Shown here: piece after piece, positions 10,077-18,470 of the stretch
Position numbering within the stretch: position 1 is the stretch's first letter
How the letters are laid out: every line of letters starts with the position of its first letter
Position numbers and translations under genes: made by a program
The notes under the pieces: model-generated
Seen by the model: only the letters and a program-made list of their open reading frames with translations
The model's database searches: none
What the model was told of the DNA's origin: nothing
Origin: an uncultured Planctomycetia bacterium
GTDB lineage: Bacteria > Omnitrophota > Gorgyraeia > Tantalellales > Tantalellaceae
Length of the DNA: 64,000 nucleotides
Assembly (NCBI GenBank): GCA_964527765.1
Contig: CAZGQR010000001.1
Coordinates: forward strand, 246,353 to 310,352
Direction: 5' to 3'

Positions 10077-11090
10077 TTACAAAAGTCCTGCCCGTTCGTC
10101 CAGGCCGGACATTATGTTCATGTTCTGCATGGCCTGCCCGCTTGCGCCCTTCAGAAGATTATCTATCGCCGATACTATTATCAGCACGTCCCGGGACACC
10201 TTGATGCCTATGTCGCAGAAGTTGGTACCTGCCACATCCTGCAATTGCGGCATATGGCCCTCGGGGCTCAACCTTACAAAAGGCTCGTCCTTGAAATAAT
10301 CCGCATACAGCTTGCGTATCTCGTCCGATCCCGGCAGACCTTTATGCTGGACATAGATCGTGGACAGAATACCCCGTTTCACGGGCAGAAGATGCGGTAT
10401 AAAATTCAGCCGTACATCCATCCCGCACGCACCGGAGAGCACGTGTTCCATTTCCGGCATATGCTGATGCTCGTTGACCTTATAACACTTGAAGTTCTCA
10501 TCGATCTCGCCGAAAGACAGGGGGATCGAAGCCTTTCTTCCCGCGCCCGTCGCGCCGCTCTTTGCGTCTATTATGATCGGGTGACCCGCCTCTGTTGCCA
10601 TTTTAATGACCGGCAGAAGCCCCAGGATAACGCCGGTCGGATAACAACCGGGATTAGCCACAAACGCGGCGCCCCTGATCTTCTTCCTGTTCAGTTCGGG
10701 TAACCCGTACACGGCATTCTTCAGGTTCCCTGTATCTGTATGCTCCGTGTTGTACCACTTTTTATATACTTCCGCAGGCAGACGATAATCGGCGCTGAGA
10801 TCTATCACCTTTTTGCCTTTTTTAAGAAGTTCCGGCGCCACTTTCATGGATACCGTATGCGGAAGGGCCAGAAAGACCATGTCACTGCTTGCGGAAACAG
10901 CTTCCACGTCAAGGTTCCCGCAAACAAGAGAGATCTTCTTTCCGAACCTTGGATAAAGGTCCGAAAATTCCGTTTCCTTCTCAACAAGCGCCGACAAAGA
11001 GGTTATCTCAACCTCGGGATTTCTCAGGAGAACTTCTACCAGCTCTTCGCCCGTATATCCGGTCGCACCGACTACTCCTATCTTGATCAT
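10077..11090 (-). CDS. argC: N-acetyl-gamma-glutamyl-phosphate reductase
   Basis: It is a semialdehyde-dehydrogenase-family protein (GATGYTG, catalytic Cys region) and is the first gene of the arg operon. Confidence 0.88.
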   Translation of the reverse strand: MIKIGVVGATGYTGEELVEVLLRNPEVEITSLSALVEKETEFSDLYPRFGKKISLVCGNLDVEAVSASSDMVFLALPHTVSMKVAPELLKKGKKVIDLSADYRLPAEVYKKWYNTEHTDTGNLKNAVYGLPELNRKKIRGAAFVANPGCYPTGVILGLLPVIKMATEAGHPIIIDAKSGATGAGRKASIPLSFGEIDENFKCYKVNEHQHMPEMEHVLSGACGMDVRLNFIPHLLPVKRGILSTIYVQHKGLPGSDEIRKLYADYFKDEPFVRLSPEGHMPQLQDVAGTNFCDIGIKVSRDVLIIVSAIDNLLKGASGQAMQNMNIMSGLDERAGLL

Positions 11091-11174
11091 TGTCTTTCCC
11101 CCGCAAATTTGCTTAAATTATATATATATGGTGGGTTATACGTAATATACCCCATTGATCCCCGCGAAAATCCA

Positions 11175-11203
11175 AGTATAAAATAAATGACCTGTCATGT
11201 CAA
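11175..11203 (-). promoter_or_regulatory. Sigma-70 promoter for the arg-lys operon. The -35 TTGACA is at 11203..11198 and the -10 TATACT at 11180..11175, with a 17-nt spacer. The palindrome ATGACagGTCAT overlaps the -35 and spacer.
   Basis: I read it directly from the reverse complement. It lies between the rpsI terminator and the argC start. Confidence 0.5.
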
Positions 11204-11243
11204 CAATTAAAAAGGCCTGAAGCGGCATCCGGCATCCAGGGCC

Positions 11244-11278
11244 TATTAAAAAGCAGGCCACGCTTCAAGCGTGGCCTG
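11244..11278 (-). terminator. rho-independent terminator after rpsI
   Basis: On the minus strand the perfect hairpin AGGCCACGCTTGAAGCGTGGCCT is followed by a TTTTT run. Confidence 0.65.
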
Positions 11279-11316
11279 TCGATCTGTATCCTGAAACTTT
11301 TGATATATAGCTGAAT

Positions 11317-11712
11317 TTAGCGCTTCGAGAACTGGAAACTCTTACGGGCACGCTTCTGGCCGTACTTTTTACGTTCCTTGGCTCTGGGGTCCCGGGTAAG
11401 AAAACCGCTCTTTTTCAGTGTAAGCCGCAGATTCTCATCACTTTTCAGCAGAGCCCTCGAGATCCCATGCTTGAGAGCCCCGGCCTGTCCGCTTATCCCT
11501 CCGCCGGAAAGCGTAGCCACGATATCAAACTTATTCAATGTTCCCGTAGCTTCCATGGGCTGAAGAACAATGATCCTGTGCGTTTCCCTGGGGAAAAAAT
11601 CCTTGAAATCCCTTTTATTGATCTTTATTTTACCGCTGCCGGGACGCAGCCTGACCCTGGCGACAGATTCCTTGCGCCTGCCAACAGCTATGTATTCTAC
11701 TGAATCCTGCAT
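11317..11712 (-). CDS. rpsI: 30S ribosomal protein S9
   Basis: The 131-aa protein ends in the basic RKxxQxxKR tail typical of S9. Confidence 0.92.
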   Translation of the reverse strand: MQDSVEYIAVGRRKESVARVRLRPGSGKIKINKRDFKDFFPRETHRIIVLQPMEATGTLNKFDIVATLSGGGISGQAGALKHGISRALLKSDENLRLTLKKSGFLTRDPRAKERKKYGQKRARKSFQFSKR

Positions 11713-11727
11713 CTAATACCTCTCATT

Positions 11728-12162
11728 TTACAGCTTTTTCTGTTTCGGTCGTTGTGCCACATGAGGATGTTCGCTGCCGGTATACAATTTTAACCTTCTC
11801 AACATCCGCACGCCCAATTTATTCTTGGGAAGCATGCCCCTGACCGCATGTCTCATAACATACTTCGGGTCTTTTTCGAACATGCTGTCATATCTGGTCT
11901 TTTTCTGTCCGCTGGGATACCCGGAATATCTCGTATAGACCTTTTTGGCCTCTTTATTGCCGGTAACCTTTATCTTATCACAATTTATCACGATAACCCC
12001 CGCCCCTGAATCCACGTTGGGAGTATAATCCGGACGGTACTTACCGCTCAACAGCGTGGCTATCTCCGTGGCTGCCCTGCCCAGCACCTTGTCTGCGACA
12101 TCGATCACATACCACTCGTGTTTAGCCTCTTCTTGTTTTATCATTTTTGTCTTCATAATCAC
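11728..12162 (-). CDS. rplM: 50S ribosomal protein L13
   Basis: The 144-aa protein is L13-family (WYVIDA.. motif) and lies immediately upstream of rpsI. Confidence 0.92.
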   Translation of the reverse strand: MIMKTKMIKQEEAKHEWYVIDVADKVLGRAATEIATLLSGKYRPDYTPNVDSGAGVIVINCDKIKVTGNKEAKKVYTRYSGYPSGQKKTRYDSMFEKDPKYVMRHAVRGMLPKNKLGVRMLRRLKLYTGSEHPHVAQRPKQKKL

Positions 12163-12250
12163 AAATTATCCCTTGAGAAGGCGGGAGACTTTACTGTAAA
12201 AACCATGAAATCCCAGCTGCGGAAAAACCGATTCCCGCATTGAGCATGTA

Positions 12251-12279
12251 AAATTAACATATTTAAAGGGGTTTGTCAA
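12251..12279 (-). promoter_or_regulatory. Candidate sigma-70 promoter for rplM-rpsI. The -35 TTGACA is at 12279..12274 and the -10 TAATTT at 12256..12251, with a 17-nt spacer.
   Basis: I read it from the reverse complement. About 90 nt of possibly structured leader follow. Confidence 0.4.
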
Positions 12280-12353
12280 GGGTTTTAAACGCCGGAAACT
12301 ATGGAACTTAAAGCATGCCGGATGGATCCGTTCCCAAAATACCGGGCAACTAT

Positions 12354-12530
12354 TCACTCGGGTCCGTAGATCGCCCTGTAAAGAGCCTTTACCTGGTCCC
12401 GATAATAAGCGTTGAACACCCGGTGAAGCGCTCTCCTGGAAATGGCCCTTTTCTGCATATCGCGTGTTTTCTTGTTCCTTCTCCGTATGTCATTGATCGT
12501 GACATTATGCTCATGCAGCTTCTTGGTCAT
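12354..12530 (-). CDS. hypothetical 58-aa highly basic protein. Its ATG overlaps the stop of the upstream AbrB-family gene (GTGATGA).
   Basis: The translation is MTKKLHEHNVTINDIRRRNKKTRDMQKRAISRRALHRVFNAYYRDQVKALYRAIYGPE. A GGAGG lies 4 nt upstream. It is absent from the ORF track only because it is shorter than 60 aa. I recognise no family. Confidence 0.35.
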   Translation of the reverse strand: MTKKLHEHNVTINDIRRRNKKTRDMQKRAISRRALHRVFNAYYRDQVKALYRAIYGPE

Positions 12531-12703
12531 CACTCCTCCCCTTTCCTTATTTTCTTAAAAACGACGCTACCGTCGTCCTGGACGATAAAAGTCACTTTGT
12601 CGCGGCTCTTTATGCCGAAATATCCCTGAAGCACCTTCGGGATGAATATCTGCCCTCTGTCCGAGACCGTAGCGCTGAACTTGAATCTGCCTTTTCTTGC
12701 CAT
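12530..12703 (-). CDS. AbrB/MazE/SpoVT-family (swapped-hairpin) DNA-binding protein, antitoxin-like
   Basis: From the likely start the protein reads MARKGRFKFSATVSDRGQIFIPKVLQGYFGIKSRDKVTFIVQDDGSVVFKKIRKGEE. This fits the AbrB/MazE beta-barrel pattern (G-R/Q-I-x-I-P, GxxxGDxV). Confidence 0.65.
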   Translation of the reverse strand: MARKGRFKFSATVSDRGQIFIPKVLQGYFGIKSRDKVTFIVQDDGSVVFKKIRKGEE

Positions 12704-12735
12704 CCGATATATCTCCTCTTCCCAGAAAGTATATA

Positions 12736-12767
12736 ACAAGTATATGACAAGTATAAATACTTGTCAA
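12736..12767 (-). promoter_or_regulatory. Sigma-70 promoter of the AbrB-family gene. The -35 TTGACA is at 12767..12762 and the -10 TATACT at 12744..12739, with a 17-nt spacer. The perfect palindrome GACAAGTA-taaa-TACTTGTC sits in it, with an extra ACAAGTATA half-site over the -10.
   Basis: I read it directly. Its architecture is operator-like and overlaps the promoter. Confidence 0.5.
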
Positions 12768-12817
12768 GAGAAAATTACATTATACCGGTCGGACTCCGGG
12801 GAAAATGACGGGATAAA

Positions 12818-13552
12818 CTAGTACTTCACTTCAAGAAGGAACAGGCCCTTTGCCGGAGCGGTGGGGCCGGCCGTGGTCCTGTCCCTGTTCTTCAGGATCT
12901 TCCGCATGCTTCCGGGGGGAAGATATCCTCTCCCTATATCGATCATGGTCCCTACTATGTTGCGGACCATGTTGTACAAAAAACCGTCCGCCTCGATGTC
13001 TATCGTAAGGAAGGCCTTTCTTTTCCCGATGTCGATGCGGAAGATCCTCCGTTCAGAGGTCCTTTCTCTCTTGTCCCTGGCCTGGAACGATTTGAAATCG
13101 TGCCGCCCTTCAAGGAAGGCGGCTTCTTTCTTCATCAGGGGAACATCCAGCTTGTACGGGATGCGCCAGGAATATTTTTCACTGAACGGGTCCCTGTGAC
13201 GGGAATTGAGGATACGATATCTGTAACGTTTCGATCTGGCATCGAACCGGGAATGAAAATCAGGCGGGACTTCTTCCGCGTGGGTTACCGCTATATCCTC
13301 CGGCAGGACCATATTGAGGGCCATCGGCATTTTTCCGGCGGGAATGGCCAGCGGCGTCTTGAAGTGCGCGACCTGGGCTTTCGCATGCACCCCGGCATCG
13401 GTCCGGCTTGCCCCGTGAACACGATGCCCCTTCCCAAAGGCCTTCATTATGGCCTGTTCTATCTCCTCCTGGACGGTCCGGCCGTTCTTCTGGATCTGCC
13501 ATCCCCTGTAGCTGGTGCCGTCATAGGAAATCGTGAGTTTGATGTTGCGCAT
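12818..13552 (-). CDS. truA: tRNA pseudouridine(38-40) synthase
   Basis: The 244-aa protein is TruA-family (YDGTxYxGWQ N-terminus, catalytic Asp context). Confidence 0.88.
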   Translation of the reverse strand: MRNIKLTISYDGTSYRGWQIQKNGRTVQEEIEQAIMKAFGKGHRVHGASRTDAGVHAKAQVAHFKTPLAIPAGKMPMALNMVLPEDIAVTHAEEVPPDFHSRFDARSKRYRYRILNSRHRDPFSEKYSWRIPYKLDVPLMKKEAAFLEGRHDFKSFQARDKRERTSERRIFRIDIGKRKAFLTIDIEADGFLYNMVRNIVGTMIDIGRGYLPPGSMRKILKNRDRTTAGPTAPAKGLFLLEVKY

Positions 13553-13561
13553 CTTGATATG

Positions 13562-14623
13562 CTATGAATCCCGGCCGGATATAAGGAATTCCGCGATCTG
13601 AATCGCGTTAAGGGCTGCGCCTTTTCTGAGGTTGTCCGAGACGATCCACATATTTATGCCGCTCGGGACGGACTCGTCCTCCCTTATGCGTCCGACAAAG
13701 ACATCGTCCTTGCCTTCCGCCTCGATGGGCATCGGATATCTGTTTTCCGCCGGATCATCGATCACGGTGATGCCGGGAAAATCCTGCATGAGCTTTATGA
13801 CATCTTCTCTATTGAGTTTCTTTTCGGTCTCGATGTTCACGCTCTCCGAATGCGCGTAATACACGGGTATCCGCACGCAGGTCGCCGTGACCGGAAGATC
13901 CGGCATCTCCATGATCTTGCGGGTCTCATCGACCATTTTCATTTCTTCCCTGGTATAAAAATTCTCCCTGAACACATCTATATGCGGGATCACGTTATAA
14001 GCGATCTGATGAGGGAACTTATTTATCATCCCGGCCGGTATGGTATGTTCGCCTATACCGTGATGCGACTCCTTTTTGCTGAGCCTTATGACCTGGCTTT
14101 CCATCTCAAGGATATTCTGCTGGCCCGCTCCTGAAACAGACTGAAAAGTGGTCGCCACGACCCTTTTAATGCGCGCCTGCCTGTTTATGGCGCACAGCGG
14201 CAGGACCATCTGTATGGTCGAACAGTTCGGATTGGCTATGATCCCCCTGTGGTCATTGAGGGCATGCGGATTGACCTCAGGAACAACAAGAGGCACATCC
14301 GCTTCCATGCGAAACGCGCTGGAGTTGTCGACACAGACCGCGCCGGCGCGCACCGCATGCGCCAGAAATTCTTTACTCCGCGACGCCCCCGCTGATGCCA
14401 GCACTATATCGATACCTTCAAAGGAATCCTTGCTCAGGACCTGCACTTCATGTTCTTTTCCGCGAAAGACCAGTTTCTTGCCTCTTGACCGTTCGCTTGC
14501 CAGAAGACGCAGCTGGTCAACGGGAAAAGCCCGTTCCTCGAGTATCCAGAGAAACTGGGTACCGACAGCCCCGGTCGCACCCATGACCGCTACATTATAT
14601 TTTTTCTTTTTCTTCAGCATCAT
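13562..14623 (-). CDS. asd: aspartate-semialdehyde dehydrogenase
   Basis: Asd-family enzyme (VAVMGATGAVG Rossmann motif, active-site Cys region). The N-terminus carries a KKKKK run. Confidence 0.88.
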   Translation of the reverse strand: MMLKKKKKYNVAVMGATGAVGTQFLWILEERAFPVDQLRLLASERSRGKKLVFRGKEHEVQVLSKDSFEGIDIVLASAGASRSKEFLAHAVRAGAVCVDNSSAFRMEADVPLVVPEVNPHALNDHRGIIANPNCSTIQMVLPLCAINRQARIKRVVATTFQSVSGAGQQNILEMESQVIRLSKKESHHGIGEHTIPAGMINKFPHQIAYNVIPHIDVFRENFYTREEMKMVDETRKIMEMPDLPVTATCVRIPVYYAHSESVNIETEKKLNREDVIKLMQDFPGITVIDDPAENRYPMPIEAEGKDDVFVGRIREDESVPSGINMWIVSDNLRKGAALNAIQIAEFLISGRDS

Positions 14624-15682
14624 CTATACCTTGTCCAGGGCCTCCACGACCAGATCGCCGACCTCCGAAGTGGAATAACCCATTTTACCGGCTGAAAGGC
14701 TCTTCAGCTTGGTGGCCGTAACATCCATTACCGCCTTTTCTATAAGATCGGCAGCTTCATGTTCGCCCAGCTCCTCCAGCAGCATGCTCCCGGCGCATAT
14801 GGCGGCAAGCGGGTTGATAACGTTCTTGCCGGTATATTTGGGGGCCGATCCCCCGATGGGCTCGAACATGGAAACACCCTCCGGATTGATATTCCCCCCG
14901 GCGGCTATGCCCATGCCTCCCTGTACCATGGCCCCGAGATCCGTAAGGATATCGCCGAACATGTTGTCCGTTACGAGGACATCGAACCATTCCGGGTTTT
15001 TGATCATCCACATGCATGTCGCATCGACATGAGCGTAATCTGTTTTAACCGTAGGATATTCCTTGGCCATCTCATTAAAAGCTCTTTCCCACAGGTCAAA
15101 GGCATATGTCAAAACATTCGTCTTTCCTACCAGCGTTAATTTGTTCTGCTTGTTGCGTTTTTTCGTATATTCGAACGCGTACCTGAGGCACCGGTCCACG
15201 CCTTTGCGGGTATTGCGTGAAACCTGCAGGGCGATCTCTTGCGGTGTACCCTTGTTTATAAATTCCCCCTCCCCCACATACAGTCCCTCGTTATTCTCGC
15301 GGACAAAAACAAAATCAATGTCCTCCGGCCCCTTGTCCTTTACGGGGGTCCATACCCCGGGATACAGTTTTACCGGACGCAGGTTTATGTACTGCTCAAG
15401 CGAAAATCTCAGTTTCAGCAGTAAGCCCTTTTCCAGGATCCCGGGTCTCACGTCAGGATGTCCCACCGCTCCGAGATATATGGCATCCGTTGTCCTGAGC
15501 TCGTCGAGGACGCTGTCGGGAAGGACTTCGCCCGTTCTTTTATACCGTTCCCCTCCCACGTCATACATGATCTTTTCACACTTGATGCCGGTCTTGCCTG
15601 CGGCCGCATCCAGGACTTTCAAGCCTTCGCGCATGACCTCCGGCCCTGTCCCGTCCCCGGGTATAACTGCTATCTTGTACAT
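14624..15682 (-). CDS. leuB: 3-isopropylmalate dehydrogenase
   Basis: Isocitrate/isopropylmalate dehydrogenase family with an N-terminal IAVIPGDGTGPEV motif. Confidence 0.88.
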   Translation of the reverse strand: MYKIAVIPGDGTGPEVMREGLKVLDAAAGKTGIKCEKIMYDVGGERYKRTGEVLPDSVLDELRTTDAIYLGAVGHPDVRPGILEKGLLLKLRFSLEQYINLRPVKLYPGVWTPVKDKGPEDIDFVFVRENNEGLYVGEGEFINKGTPQEIALQVSRNTRKGVDRCLRYAFEYTKKRNKQNKLTLVGKTNVLTYAFDLWERAFNEMAKEYPTVKTDYAHVDATCMWMIKNPEWFDVLVTDNMFGDILTDLGAMVQGGMGIAAGGNINPEGVSMFEPIGGSAPKYTGKNVINPLAAICAGSMLLEELGEHEAADLIEKAVMDVTATKLKSLSAGKMGYSTSEVGDLVVEALDKV

Positions 15683-15713
15683 TTATCCTCCAGCTTCTCC
15701 GAATGCTAAAATC

Positions 15714-16253
15714 CTATTTTTTCTTCTTTTTCACGCGCCCGGCCTTTTTCTTTGCCGTGCGTTTTATTCCCTTGTCCTTTGCGTATTCCATAAGCCCGCC
15801 GCTTCGAATGATCTCTTTTATGAATCTGGGAAAGACCTCGGCCTTATAAACCGTCCTGCGTCTTGCCTTCGAGATCTCGCCTTTAGTGACGTTGACTTCC
15901 ACCTGGTCTTTCTTTTTCAGGATCTCCGCGGCCTCCGCGCTTGTAAAGACAGGCAGCCCGATATTGATGGCGTTCCTGTAAAATATCCTGGCGAAACTCT
16001 TGGCGATCACGCAGGATACCCCTGCCGCTTTAATGGCAATGGGGGCGTGTTCCCTGCTCGATCCGCATCCGAAATTCTCCCCGGCCACTATGACATCTTT
16101 TTCCTCCACCTTTCTGACGAACCTCGGATCGGCATCTTCCATGCAATGTTTCGCCAGTTCGGCCGGGTCGGATGTGTTCAGATACCGGGCCGGGATGATC
16201 TCATCGGTATTTATGTTATCTCCGAACTTGTGAACCTTGCCTTTTATCTTCAT
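15714..16253 (-). CDS. leuD: 3-isopropylmalate dehydratase small subunit, with a C-terminal poly-lysine tail
   Basis: Aconitase swivel domain. The C-terminus ends in a basic tail of roughly 20 aa, ...KKKAGRVKKKKK. Confidence 0.8.
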   Translation of the reverse strand: MKIKGKVHKFGDNINTDEIIPARYLNTSDPAELAKHCMEDADPRFVRKVEEKDVIVAGENFGCGSSREHAPIAIKAAGVSCVIAKSFARIFYRNAINIGLPVFTSAEAAEILKKKDQVEVNVTKGEISKARRRTVYKAEVFPRFIKEIIRSGGLMEYAKDKGIKRTAKKKAGRVKKKKK

Positions 16254-16279
16254 GAATGACCAGTCTCCGATCCATGTGT

Positions 16280-17560
16280 TTACAGATTCGACGGATGCGT
16301 TATCACGCCCTTGATCGCACTTGCTGCGGCGATCGCCGGATTCGCCAGGTAAACGTAACTTTTGGGATGCCCCATGCGGCCGACAAAATTCCTGTTGGTG
16401 GTGCTGACGGCGACCTCCCCTTCGGAGAGGACACCCATGTGCCCTCCAAGACAGGGACCGCAGCTCGGGGTACAGAAAACACCGCCCGCGCGGACAAACG
16501 TTTCCGCGTAACCGGCTTCAACCGCTTCCAGGTAAATGGCCTGCGTGGCCGGGATAACGATAAGACGCGTTCCGGGATTGACTTTCTTGTTCTTAAGCAC
16601 GGCGGCGGCCTGCTTAAGATCACCTATCCTGCCGTTCGTGCATGACCCGATAACGGCCTGATCGATCTTAACGTTCTTAAATTCACTGACAGGCCTGCCG
16701 TTTGACGGCAGGTGAGGCGCGGCTACGATCGGCTCCAGCTTGGAAACGTTATACTCCCTTATATCGGCATACACGGCATCTTCATCGCTTTCCACCAGTT
16801 TGTATGATTTGCGCGGCGGCTTGTACTTTCTGATCGCCCCCTTGACGTACTTTTCCGTGGTCTTATCGGGCGCAATGATGCCGTTCTTCGCCCCTGCCTC
16901 GATAACCATGTTGCACATGGTAAGCCTATCGTCCATCGGAAGCATCCCGATCGTATCACCCGTGAACTCTATCGCCTTGTAAAGCGCTCCGGAAACCCCC
17001 AGGTCCGAAATAGCGTGAAGGATCAGATCCTTGCCTCCCACCCATTTCCTGGGTTTCCCGGTAAACCTGAGCTGTATGGTTTCGGGGACCTTTAGCCAGC
17101 ATTCCCCGAACGCCATGGCATAAGCAAGATCAGTGCTCCCCACACCCGCAGCGAAGGCCCCAAGCGCCCCGTGAGTGCACGTGTGAGAATCCGCGCCGAT
17201 CATGAGATCTCCGGGCATTATCAACCCTCTCTCGGGAAGCAGGGCATGTTCTATTCCCATTTCCCCCAGTTCAAAATAATTGGTAATACCGAACTCTTCG
17301 GCAAATTCCTTGAGGATCTTTGCCTGGTTGGCGCTCTTCATGTCCTTGGCCGGTAAAAAATGGTCCGGCACCAGTACCACGCGTTTATGGTTAAAGACCT
17401 TTTTTCTTCCCAGTTCGCGGAACTCCTTTATGGCTATGGGGCTGGTGATGTCGTTCCCCAGGCACAGGTCCACTTTCGCCATTATAAAATCGCCGGGCGC
17501 TATTTCTTTAAGGCCTGGAACATGCGCGAGCAATATCTTTTCGGTTATCGTGTATCCCAT
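16280..17560 (-). CDS. leuC: 3-isopropylmalate dehydratase large subunit (short ~420-aa type)
   Basis: Aconitase catalytic domain with Fe-S cysteine ligands (CTNGR, SCGPC). Confidence 0.8.
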   Translation of the reverse strand: MGYTITEKILLAHVPGLKEIAPGDFIMAKVDLCLGNDITSPIAIKEFRELGRKKVFNHKRVVLVPDHFLPAKDMKSANQAKILKEFAEEFGITNYFELGEMGIEHALLPERGLIMPGDLMIGADSHTCTHGALGAFAAGVGSTDLAYAMAFGECWLKVPETIQLRFTGKPRKWVGGKDLILHAISDLGVSGALYKAIEFTGDTIGMLPMDDRLTMCNMVIEAGAKNGIIAPDKTTEKYVKGAIRKYKPPRKSYKLVESDEDAVYADIREYNVSKLEPIVAAPHLPSNGRPVSEFKNVKIDQAVIGSCTNGRIGDLKQAAAVLKNKKVNPGTRLIVIPATQAIYLEAVEAGYAETFVRAGGVFCTPSCGPCLGGHMGVLSEGEVAVSTTNRNFVGRMGHPKSYVYLANPAIAAASAIKGVITHPSNL

Positions 17561-17584
17561 TTCACCTTCCTGTCAAGACAAGCC

Positions 17585-17613
17585 AGTTTACCAAATTTTC
17601 ACCCTAAAATCAA
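17585..17613 (-). promoter_or_regulatory. Candidate sigma-70 promoter for leuCDB-asd-truA. The -35 TTGATT is at 17613..17608 and the -10 TAAACT at 17590..17585, with a 17-nt spacer.
   Basis: I read it from the reverse complement. Confidence 0.4.
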
Positions 17614-17707
17614 CGGCTTATTCAGCTATAATCGGAGGCAAATGTTCGGGCTGTTTGGAGCGGGACGTCGAACGGCCGAGCGGGCACGGTTCCCGAAGGC
17701 CTGAAGA

Positions 17708-18445
17708 TCAAATCTTGGGGATCGATTCTAACAGATGTTTGGTATATTCGGCTTTGGGGGCGGAGTATATCTCTTCGCGCGAAGCGATCTCCACGAGCCT
17801 GCCTTCCTTCATCACTCCTACGAAGTCCGACATGAATTCCACCACTCTAAGATCGTGCGAGATAAAGACATACGTAAGACCGAGCTCTCCCTGCAGGTCC
17901 TTCAGAAGGTTCAGTATCCCTGCCTGTATGGAGACATCCAGGCTGGAGACCGGTTCATCAAGGACGAGTATCCCCGGCCGTCTCACGAGCGCCCGGGCTA
18001 TAGCGATCCTCTGGCGCTCTCCGCCGGAAAACTGGTGCGGATATTTATCCGCGCATGGCGGACCATCCAACCTGACCAGCCTCAGGGTCTCCCTTACCCT
18101 GGACTCGATCTCCTTCTTACGGACACCACGCACCAGCAATGATTCACCGATGATCTCCTTGGCGGTCATACGGGGGTTCAGCGAACTGAACGGATCCTGA
18201 AACACGATATCCCGGTCCGCACGGATGATCTTCCGGCCTGAATCCGGGCTGAGTATACCCACAATCAGCTTGGCTATGGTCGATTTGCCGCAGCCGGACT
18301 CCCCGACCAGTCCGAACGTTCTGCCTTTTTCGACCGTGAAACTGACACCGTCGACAGCCTTTATCGGCTCCTTTTCATGCCGAAAGAGCCCTTTTCTTTC
18401 CCGGAAATATTTCTTAAGATCAATAACCTCTACCATGGGTTCCAT
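17708..18445 (-). CDS. peptide/nickel ABC transporter ATP-binding protein (OppF/DppF-like)
   Basis: It has Walker A GESGCGKST, the ABC signature LSGGERQR and Walker B ILVLDEP. Confidence 0.8.
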   Translation of the reverse strand: MEPMVEVIDLKKYFRERKGLFRHEKEPIKAVDGVSFTVEKGRTFGLVGESGCGKSTIAKLIVGILSPDSGRKIIRADRDIVFQDPFSSLNPRMTAKEIIGESLLVRGVRKKEIESRVRETLRLVRLDGPPCADKYPHQFSGGERQRIAIARALVRRPGILVLDEPVSSLDVSIQAGILNLLKDLQGELGLTYVFISHDLRVVEFMSDFVGVMKEGRLVEIASREEIYSAPKAEYTKHLLESIPKI

Positions 18446-18470
18446 ATACTCAACCCCGCCTTACCTGTTT

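Noticed and set aside
12166-12357. A 63-aa minus-strand ORF in the rplM upstream region.
   Set aside because: It overlaps the predicted rplM promoter and leader. It has no RBS and its composition is Cys/Phe-rich nonsense, so it is probably not coding.
15063-16259. Long plus-strand ORFs, all antisense to confidently assigned minus-strand genes: 398 aa at 15063..16259, 284 aa at 1291..2145, 334 aa at 2280..3284, 306 aa at 17280..18200 and 252 aa at 50872..51630.
   Set aside because: Each lies fully inside well-conserved enzyme genes on the opposite strand. Their translations are low-complexity (S/P/A/R-rich) with no recognisable domains. They lack independent start contexts. They are shadow ORFs.
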